In this document: positions 54,317 to 64,000 of the stretch, piece after piece
Layout of the letters: every line of letters starts with the position of its first letter
How positions within the stretch are numbered: position 1 is the stretch's first letter
Assembly (NCBI RefSeq): GCF_009914755.1
Contig: NC_060927.1
Length of the DNA: 64,000 bases
Strand: one strand, 5' to 3'
Source of the DNA: the human T2T-CHM13v2.0 reference genome, Homo sapiens
Position numbers and translations under genes: made by a program
The notes under the pieces: generated by a model
Databases searched by the model: none
Told to the model about the DNA's origin: nothing
Seen by the model: only the letters and a program-made list of their open reading frames with translations

Positions 54317-54396
54317 TCTTTCAATTGGCAATTTGAAGAAGAAAAACATTGTAAAGATGGGAATAAAAATTACCTGCATTTGAAAATTAACACTGC

Positions 54397-55302
54397 GGGG
54401 GAGGAGCCAAGATGGCCAAATAGGAACAGCTCCGGTCTCCAGCTCCCAGTGTGAGCGACGCAGAAGATGGGTGATTTCTGCATTTCCATCTGAGGTACCG
54501 GGTTCATCTCACTAGGGAGTGCCAGACAGTGGGCGCAGGCCAGTGGGTGCGCGCACCGTGCGCGAGCCGAAGCAGGGCGAGGCATTGCCTCACCTGGGAA
54601 GCGCAAGGGGTCAGGGAGTTCCCTTTCCGAGTCAAAGAAAGGGGTGACGGACGCACCTGGAAAATCGGGTCACTCCCACCCGAATATTGCGCTTTTCAGA
54701 CCGGCTTAAAAAACAGCGCACCACGAGACTATATCCTACACCTGGCTCGGAGGGTCCTACGCCCACGGAATCTCGCTGATTGCTAGCACAGCAGTCTGAG
54801 ATCAAACTGCAAGGCGGCAGCGAGGCTGGGGGAGGGGCGCCCGCCATTGCCCAGGCTTGCTTAGGTAAACAAAGCAGCCGGGAAGCTCGAACTGGGTGGA
54901 GCCCACCACAGTTCAAGGAGGCCTGCCTGCCACTGTAGGCTCCACCTCTGGGGGCAGGGCACAGACAAACAAAAAGACAGCAGTAACCTCTGCAGACTTA
55001 AATGTCCCTGTCTGACAGCTTTGAAGAGAGCAGTGGTTCTCCCAGCACGCAGCTGGAGATCTGAGAACCGGCAGACTGCCTCCTCAAGTGGGTCCCTGAC
55101 CCCTGACCCCCAAGCAGCCTAACTGGGAGGCACCCCGCAGCAGAGGCACACTGACACCTCACAAGGCAGGGTATTCCAACAGACCTGCAGCTGAGGGTCC
55201 TGTCTGTTAGAAGGAAAACTAACAAACAGAAAGGACATCCACACCAAAAACCCATCTGTACATCACCATCATCAAAGACCAAAAGTAGATAAAACCACAA
55301 AG
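54397..55302 (+). promoter_or_regulatory. Complete L1 5'UTR (internal sense promoter with YY1 site; antisense promoter; CpG-rich)
   Basis: Begins gggggaggagccaagatggcc; ~906 bp up to the ORF1 ATG. Confidence 0.93.
54632..54847 (-). CDS. L1 ORF0 (71 aa), intact reading frame
   Basis: MAGAPPPASLPPCSLISDCCASNQRDSVGVGPSEPGVGYSLVVR...RHPFL within ORF 54632-54916; expression unknown. Confidence 0.8.
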   Translation of the reverse strand: MAGAPPPASLPPCSLISDCCASNQRDSVGVGPSEPGVGYSLVVRCFLSRSEKRNIRVGVTRFSRCVRHPFL

Positions 55303-56319
55303 ATGGGGAAAAAACAGAACAGAAAAACTGGAAACTCTAAAACGCAGAGCGCCTCTCCTCCTCCAAAGGAACGCAGTTCCTCACCAGCAACGGAACAAAG
55401 CTGGATGGAGAATCACTTTGACGAGCTGAGAGAAGAAGGCTTCAGACGATCAAATTACTCTGAGCTACGGGAGGACATTCAAACCAAAGGCAAAGAAGTT
55501 GAAAACTTTGAAAAAAATTTAGAAGAATGTATAACTAGAATAACCAATACAGAGAAGTGCTTAAAGGAGCTGATGGAGCTGAAAACCAAGGCTAGAGAAC
55601 TACGTGAAGAATGCAGAAGCCTCAGGAGCCGATGCGATCAACTGGAAGAAAGGGTATCAGCAATGGAAGATGAAATGAATGAAATGAAGCGAGAAGGGAA
55701 GTTTAGAGAAAAAAGAATAAAAAGAAATGAACAAAGCCTCCAAGAAATATGGGACTATGTGAAAAGACCAAATCTACGTCTGATTGGTGTACCTGAAAGT
55801 GATGGGGAGAATGGAACCAAGTTGGAAAACACTCTGCAGGATATTATCCAGGAGAACTTCCCCAATCTAGCAAGGCAGGCCAACGTTCAGATTCAGGAAA
55901 TACAGAGAACGCCACAAAGATACTCCTCAAGAAGAGCAACTCCAAGACACATAATTGTCAGATTCACCAAAGTTGAAATGAAGGAAAAAATGTTAAGGGC
56001 AGCCAGAGAGAAAGGTCGGGTTACCCTCAAAGGGAAGCCCATCAGACTAACAGAGGATCTCTCGGCAGAAACCCTACAAGCCAGAAGAGAGTGGGGGCCA
56101 ATATTCAACATTCTTAAAGAAAAGAATTTTCAACCCAGAATTTCATATCCAGCCAAACTAAGCTTCATAAGTGAAGGAGACATTAAATACTTTACAGACA
56201 AGCAAATGCTGAGAGATTTTGTCACCACCAGGCCTGCCCTAAAAGAGCTACTGAAGGAAGCGCTAAACATGGAAAGGAACAACCGGTACCAGCTGCTGCA
56301 AAATCATGCCAAAATGTAA
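55303..56319 (+). CDS. L1 ORF1p RNA-binding chaperone, intact 338 aa
   Basis: MGKKQNRKTGNSKTQSASPPPKERSSSP...REKG, ARR, YPAKLS motifs...NHAKM; full canonical length; expression unknown. Confidence 0.93.
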   Translation: MGKKQNRKTGNSKTQSASPPPKERSSSPATEQSWMENHFDELREEGFRRSNYSELREDIQTKGKEVENFEKNLEECITRITNTEKCLKELMELKTKARELREECRSLRSRCDQLEERVSAMEDEMNEMKREGKFREKRIKRNEQSLQEIWDYVKRPNLRLIGVPESDGENGTKLENTLQDIIQENFPNLARQANVQIQEIQRTPQRYSSRRATPRHIIVRFTKVEMKEKMLRAAREKGRVTLKGKPIRLTEDLSAETLQARREWGPIFNILKEKNFQPRISYPAKLSFISEGDIKYFTDKQMLRDFVTTRPALKELLKEALNMERNNRYQLLQNHAKM

Positions 56320-57661
56320 AGACCATCGAGACTAGGAAGTGCTTTTATTATAACTTGTATCATACCCCAGTCTTACTTCACCTTTCAAACAAACGGTCTA
56401 CTAAGAGGTATTCACAGACACTCAAACTTTATCACTCCAGCCATCATCAGTTGAAAAAGTAGTGCTCAAAGGAAGAAAGATATTTTGATTTTTATATTTT
56501 TTGTGCCAGATTTATTTCTTTATTTTGGTGCTCTTATATGTGTTCCTAGCCTTGGTTTAGTAATGGTATTTAGGAAAGGGAGCCAGTGATGTCATACAAT
56601 TAAGTTTCTAAAGGAAACCAGAATTCTCTTCCCCTAGGAGGATGAACTAGAAGGAAAGTGACAAGTGTATGTATAATTCCTTAGCAAACATTGTAATGCT
56701 TTTGTATTATAAACTGACATTTTCTAGGAGTGGTTTCAGGACTAGCTGATTGGTTATTTCATGATTCTTATTCAGTGAGAGTTCTATAGCAAATACTGAT
56801 TTTAAGGAATTAAAATCAAAGTAACTCATGGAGAGAAAGATGTTGACACCTCTGTCTATCTCTTTGATGCTTTAGAAAATACATCTTATACTATTTAAAT
56901 ATTAAAAAATTGAAAAATCTATTTTTCTTTTAGAATTGAAATATATTTCATTGTTTTCTTGTAGGCTCTATCACAGATAATATCCTAACACAGTATCAGT
57001 GAGCTATCTTTTACAAAAAATTGATAACGAGTAAATTATGGACATTAAATTAATAATTCTATTGTTGCAGAATACATGCCCACCTTCTCCTCAACTTCTG
57101 CCTTAATGAAATGCACAATAATGGCTGGCTTACCAGAGTGGCCTGTTGTATGTATATAAACTCTAACTAATGAAAGAAGTGAAAACACTTTGAAAATCTA
57201 CAGACGTGGTATTTCCTTGATCTTTCCATTCAAACTGTTATAGTGGTTCCATCCAGCCCAATAAGCCATCTTTGAAAGTAAACCCGGGGTCAACTCATGT
57301 GAGAGTATGAACGCTATCACAGTGTTGACCTGTAGTTTTTTTAATGTCAGATTATGAATTTATTGATAAAAATAAATAAAATGAGGTCACTAAGCAGACT
57401 ATTTCTAATTTATTTTAGAAAGCATTTTAGAATTTACTTGAGTAAGTTAGTTCTCTGAATTATCAAACTTAATTACTTGAAAACCCACAAAATAGGTACG
57501 GAATGAGACAGCTTAAGTGCCAGGTGTCAGGTAATAGTTCAAAAGAGAACTAAAATGAGCACATAAGCTTTCAAAAAGCACAATATCTGCTTATAGGTTG
57601 CAAAAGGTTGTGTTTTGCAGGATGTGTGTGTGTGTGCGTGTGTGTGATTCCATTGACTGTG

Positions 57662-58022
57662 CAGTCATGCACAGTATAACAATGTTTTGGTCGATGACAG
57701 ACCTCATATATGACTTTGGGTCCCATAAGATTATATTGGAGGTGAAAAATTCCTGTTGCGCAGTGAACATTGACAATGTATGATAAGGTCATAGTGAAAC
57801 ACATTACCACTTCTATGTTTAGATGTACAAATACTTGCCATTGTGTTACAATTGCCTACAGATATTCAGTACAGTAACATTCTGTACAGGGATGGGAGCA
57901 ATAGCCTAGGTGTGTAGCAGTCTCTACTATCTAGAGCTATATAAGTACACTCTATGATAGTCCCACAATGACTAAATTGCCTAGCAATGCATGTCTCAGA
58001 CAAATCCTGTGATGCATATCTG
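57662..58022. mobile_element. MER47A-like Tigger-derived MITE
   Basis: cagtcatgcacagtataacaatgttttggtc...gtcccataagattatattggaggtgaaaaattcct. Confidence 0.8.
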
Positions 58023-59008
58023 TGTGTCCTTTAATTCTAGTCCTGAAATACCATGTATTACCATTACCTTTTTTATGCGATTCACAATTGTAATGGCATA
58101 AAAAGTGATTCTGGGAATCTCATAGCTCTTCACTATCCTTTGTATTATGTACTTAAGTTGCATTTTAAAACAAAATACATGATTATATGTAGCAGATTTT
58201 TCATGAAGATAATAATTTATTACTCTGTGAATTGATTCTTCCTGTTAAGCTCGCAATAATACAACTCTTATTCCAGTCTGCGGGAAAAGGAAGTCTTTCC
58301 TCTACCTAGCTTTAATTATTTCTCAAGAAGTTATTCTTATATTCTTCAACATGAACAGTTCCTTCAGTGGCCACAGTGCAAATGACTAATATGATGTAAT
58401 ACAAACTCCAACAACATGCAAAATACACTGGTAAAACATGGGGCCCTAGGCTCTTGTTTACATTTCTATATTGTCATATGAAGTCATCTCTTTAATTATT
58501 TCAATAATGAAACATTTACCAGTGTACAAATGAAGTCTGCCTATAAATTTTATTTACACAGATTACCAAATTGTTGAAATAAAGAGTTTTACTGTCACAT
58601 ACCCTATATTTGGAAGTTCTATAATTTTAAGAAACCACAGGTCTATGTAGCTTTGCATGTTAAAATATTTTAGTTTTCACATGGATGACTTTTTCTGAAT
58701 GAATAATTCATTGCTCTCTTTTCATTATTTTGTTTAAGAAAACTGAGGATGAATCTAATTTATTGCTTGGTGATTAACCTACAAATGGTTAACCTTGAAT
58801 ATAAAATAATCATGACATTATATCTCATTGCAATGTAATGCAACATAATGTAAAGTAGTATAACAGAAAAATATAGTATATTTGATAGTAATTTTATGTT
58901 TTACAAGCGTTATAGGGTGCCTGCTTCATGCTAGACATCGTAATGGACAACAAGAATAGAAATTAGAAACACAAGTTTTGGGAGCATACAGACTATGTGG
59001 TGTGTTAC

Positions 59009-59504
59009 TATCTGTTAGTTTCTTTGAGATGCTATAATACAACAAAATACCATAGAGTGGGTAGCTTATAAACAACAGAAATTTATTTCCCACAGTTCTA
59101 GGGGCTTAGAAATCCAAGATCAAGGTATCAGTGTATTTGGTGTCTGGTGAGGGCTTGCTCTTCCAATTCACAGATGATGCCTTCTCAGTGTGTCCTCACA
59201 TGGTAGAAGGGGCAAACAAGCTTTCTCTGGCCTCTTGACGGAAAAGCACTAACCTGGCCAGACACTGTGGTTTGTGCCTGTAATGCCAACACTTTGGAAG
59301 GTCAAAGTAGAAGGATCAATTCAGGCCAGGAGCTTGAGACAAGCCTGGGCAACATAGTGAGATGCTGTCTCTTAACAACAACAAAAAGACACTAATCCTG
59401 CTTATGAGGTCTCTAATCTCATGAATTAATTTCCTCCCAAAGACCTCACCTCTAAATACTATTGCATTGGGTATTGGGGCCACATAAACGTGCACACCAT
59501 AGCA
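59009..59504 (-). mobile_element. MLT1A-type solo LTR containing an Alu monomer (59256-59385), inserted in a MIR
   Basis: ataaacaacagaaatttatttcccacagttctagggg...gtgtctggtgaggg; monomer TSD aag(a)cactaa; MIR resumes at 59505-59650. Confidence 0.82.
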
Positions 59505-60999
59505 CTGTATTTGTGGATTTTGATTACTTTCTAATTTCTCTGAACCTCAGTGTTTTTAATAAAGTGAAACTAACAGTACCTACGTCATAGTTGCGTGTGT
59601 TTGAAGTTTAAAGAAGAAGATGCAAGCAAAGCTCTTATACACAGTCTGGAAGCCCTCCATGGAGATTACCCATTTAAGGAATTTGGAAAATGTTTAGATA
59701 TAGACTCCACATTCAGTTATCTCCACAGAAGAGGCAGATACATAAATAAACAATAAGTGCATCAGTAAAAATGCAAACTATGAAAGTAGCATAAAAAGGG
59801 AGGAAATTTAGAAATGCTTTACTGAGGAGATGCTGTTTAACCAAATTTTGAGGAATGAAAAGGAATGTGGTACAGAGATAAAGAAAAGCAAAATAGAATT
59901 ATTTGATACTGATGGAATGTGGTAACAAAACAACGTTACCACAATGTGGTAGTGTTACCAACTGGTAACAATACAAATTTAATTAGAATGGTAGGAGCCG
60001 TCAAGAAGTTCAGAATGATGGAAAAGTCAGTTTCAAGGGAGTCAGACACATTCCATAAAAGCGGATATAAAGACAGCTTCTTTTTCACTTCAGGGACAGT
60101 TGATTTCCTTCCCTTATAGCTCTCAGAAAATTTCACATAGTTTGTAAACACTCGTTATCTATTCAAACATCATTTATTGATGCCAGATACTAAGTTTTGG
60201 AAAGAAAAATGGAAACGAATATATAATAATTCCTTGTTCTTAAGTCCGATTGGAGAAAAATGTATATAAATAATTAGAACACATGGAAGTAGTGCATTAA
60301 TAGAGCTACATTCAAGATACTACGGAGATAATTCACACCTACCTGTGATAGAGATCCTGTCACCAGATTTTCTCACTGTGACAAACTATAGAGTCTGGGT
60401 ACTATAGTTTTAAAAAATGACTACTTGAAGTCAACATAGAGATAAAAATAAGCCAAAAATATAGGGTTCGATATTCCAGAAAGGATAAAATGTATTGTGG
60501 TAAACTGAATTTTTCTGTAGACTTTCCCCGTCAAGGAATTTGTTTATTCACTGTGAGAGACAGAGAAGCTGTAGAAGAAGCAACAGTCTCAAGCTTGTCG
60601 CATCTCACAAATACTAGATTTAAAGCTAGCAGGGCAATCAGAACCTGAAGGGCCAATATCCTCAATATAATGCTACATATTTGGGGGCAAGATTGCAGGA
60701 AACCAGTTCCAAAGCAGCCATTAGGAGGCTCAAAAACTAAGCAGAGATTTCAGTAGTTCCTCACTGTTGAGACAACAATGAGAATACTCCATTTGCAAAG
60801 GAAGAGGGGCCTTTGTAAAGCCTCCAGGCTTTCACCTGAGCCTTTTTATCTATTTCCGATCTTAAATATTGATATTTAATTTTAGCCCTTTTCAATTGCT
60901 GCCAACATGTCAATGACTCCAAAAGTACTACCTTCACAATCAAATAATTTTGTTACATCCAGATTTATATTTGTGACTAAAACTGGATATCTCTACCTA

Positions 61000-61830
61000 T
61001 GCATTCATAGCTTTGACAAGGAACTAAGTTCAACTATGAATACATTCTCCTTTTTTCACTCTCCCAAGTTCCTCTTCCTGAATTTCTTATTTTGGTTAAT
61101 GTAACATCTCCTCATCGACTCAAGAACCTGGTAAATATACACAAGCAATTTCTGATTTCTTGTCTTCACTCTCTAGAAGTTATATCCTAACACCTGCAAA
61201 TTAATGCCTAAAAAACTTCAAGGACTCATTTTCACTCTAATTCTACTTGTCCTTATCCAGATGATATTATCTCTTGCTCACATTATTTCATTGTGCTCCT
61301 AACAGCATACTTGTTTTCAGCCTCTCTTTATCAGATATCCACAGTGTTTATCATTTAACATAACATATCATTTCTTGTGAGGCAAATAATTGCCCAAATG
61401 AATTCATGACCATTCACAATCTGATCTCATTTCCTATAAATTTCACCATGGGACCTGTGACCCTGATGCCCTATATACCTATATATGTTTATTCATGCTT
61501 CTCTCTCTGGCAAGAATACCCTTCCTAGCCTTTATACACCTTACAAAAGCCGGATCACCCTTCAAGGTCCAGTGTAAATAGCATCTCTTCTATGAAGTCT
61601 TAACAACTTCATTGTTTCCACTCAGAGATTAATTTCTGTCTTTCTCTGTGACTCTATGACTACTTCAGTTGTAGTGCTGGATTAACACTTACATTGTAGT
61701 ACCATGAACTGCTCATAAATCTATCTTTTTTATGTGGTATGCTCTATTAAACCTGGGCTCATACTAATTGCCTTGTTTCTTCGCAACTTAACATAGGACT
61801 CCTGGGACATAATAAGTTGTGGATTGAATT
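61000..61830 (+). mobile_element. L2 3' region, degraded
   Basis: cccttcaaggtccagtgtaaatagcatctcttctatgaagtctt...taacataggactcctgggacataataagt. Confidence 0.6.
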
Positions 61831-64000
61831 ATATTTTCTCACTCAAGAGGTTTTTATGGCTGAGAACACCCCAAACATGAAAGAAATGGGCTTTTAAAAT
61901 GCATAATTGTATTGTTATATCGGGTAAATTTTTTGGGAAAAAGCAGTATTCAAAAACTTGTACCAAAAATTATAATCCCTATAGGAAATTTTAAAAAATA
62001 TTATGCACACAACCTTTAAGGAGGTAAATATGAAGCTGTTTGACTGAAATAAAATTATTATGATGTCATTTTTAAATTGGATGTGTTTGTCTGCTGATCT
62101 TTTCTTGTGATCTACCATGACTGTAGACTTACTTGCATTAATTGTTATCAGCGTTCTGAATTGAAACAAAAAGCATAATACATCTCTGTAATTTCAGCAA
62201 GACTATAAGTTAAGTAAATATCTATTTATTCATCAAGATTTTCTATTTGTAGCTTAGAATAAGGAAAAAATATAATTTGCTGCTACCAGCATCGTACTTA
62301 ATGTCTATCATGGAGAACATCTGAAAAATAATATACTTTTTTTATTTCTGATTAACACAAATGATTTTGGTAAATACGTTAGTTTCTAGCATTTATCTTT
62401 TCCACTGACTACTGTGAAAATAAAATGAAATAAAATAATTTTTAAAACCTGTATTTTGAAAGTGTAAAAACAACCTGAAAGAAAACATAGCCATCATCAT
62501 CAGGATAAAATATTGTGTACTTTTAAAAAAGTATTTTTTTGGAGAGTTATGACAATTTTTATTCTTTTTAAAAAAGTCATGCACTACATGAGAAAAAAAT
62601 TAAGGGAAGAAGAATTTACACATAATGTTAGAGAATGTTACTTTTTTTTCTAAAATATTAAGTTAGCCATACATCCTCAGCCAGATATTTCGATGTGATA
62701 ATACATTATCTTCTAAAACCTTACTGCCCAGTAATGTCTATACCCAGAATTCATGAATCACCATTCCTAGATCTGAAGCATCTTTTCCAGAAAGCAAAAC
62801 TTCTCCATAAAAGACTATCACCGGTGATAATTTAATATAATATGTTTTAGACCATCTATGGGATGCCTACTGGTAACGAAGAATAAAGACATCATTGTGT
62901 TTTTGTAATTTTTCCCTAATAATTTGACATTAATTTATGGTACAAGTGAGGATTTAATTTTCCCACTGGTATTAACTTTCTACTTAATTAAGTTAAACTA
63001 AAGGATAATCAATTTATTGGATTACTGTATTTTCCATGTTCAATTCAAAATCTATTTGTGTAACTTCCATAGCTGTTCTATAAGTTCTTGGCATAGTCAA
63101 AGGCTTTTGAACTAGATGTGTTATTGAGAGTTAGACAAAATACATAGTGGTAGAGGTATAACTTAAATTGCTTTCACAAATCCCCCATTCATTTTTTCTG
63201 GAAATCTATAGAGATACCAACATGGCATATTGACCCACAGAGTGGCACTGTAATTTATGTTGTTTAAAACAGTGAATTTCCTTGGAAATTGAATAGTCTG
63301 TGATGCTCATCATAAAAGAAATGGTTGCATGATTAATAAATCAATGCACTTAAATTACAACATTACCACTCATCCTAATAATCAGAAATCTTACAGAATC
63401 AGTAGCGTAAAAATAGTACAATGGGGCTGGAAGGGAAAGTTGTTTATAAAAGGACAAGGAAGCACTAGAGACACATGAAAGATGTTGGAAAAAAAACTCA
63501 AATTAAGTCAAACTTAAATTCCTGTTATATTGATCTATGAGACATTTCAGTAATTGCAGTGTCTCTTTTGTGAAATAGTCTAAGAAATTTCAAGAACAAA
63601 ATGCTTGAAAACAATGTTAGAGTAAAATGTGCTAAATGTACCTGAAATCTACATTTTCAAAATCTAAATTTTCAAGAAAGAGAAAATTGTTATCCAGAAT
63701 TTCAGGGAAGATAAAGTTAAGAGAAAATATGTTCTTTCAATTTTTTCCCCTAAGGTATATTTCCTTGTATTTGTCTTCAGCTCTTTTTAATATAACGAGG
63801 GGAGTATGTGCTTCTACTTCACTCTGAAACGATTTCTCCTGAACTTAATTTGTTTACACCCTCAGTACAATAACTTAAAACAACAGAAGCATTAGTAAAT
63901 ATTTTCTTGTTTTGCAAATAAGGACAAAGAGAACCAGAAAGTTAAAACTATTTGTTTCAGTCATAAAAGAAAAACTAGAATTAAGTGACACTCTAATCAC

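Overview
This is human/primate non-coding genomic DNA, not prokaryotic. It is AT-rich and dominated by interspersed repeats, and a near-consensus AluYa5 points to human. I see no host protein-coding exon I can support, and no rRNA, tRNA or CRISPR array. The window holds several LINE-1s of different ages, Alus, solo LTRs (MLT1, MLT2, MST, MER9, MER4 group), an HSMAR2 mariner, Tigger-derived MITEs, L2/MIR relics, a 28-bp minisatellite and an RPL7A processed pseudogene. The most unusual object is a single L1PA2-like insertion at 50006-56351, bounded by a 15-bp target-site duplication (TSD). It is full length, but its whole 5'UTR plus intact ORF1 and ORF0 is inverted relative to ORF2. It also carries an apparent 5' transduction (Alu tail plus 80 bp unique), a 138-bp inverted duplication, an 87-bp patch copied from the flank about 3.9 kb away, and a divergent older-L1 tract. 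An older L1 at 4.3-8.5 kb also carries short templated insertions copied from elsewhere in itself. Subfamily names are from recalled consensus sequences, not from a RepeatMasker run.
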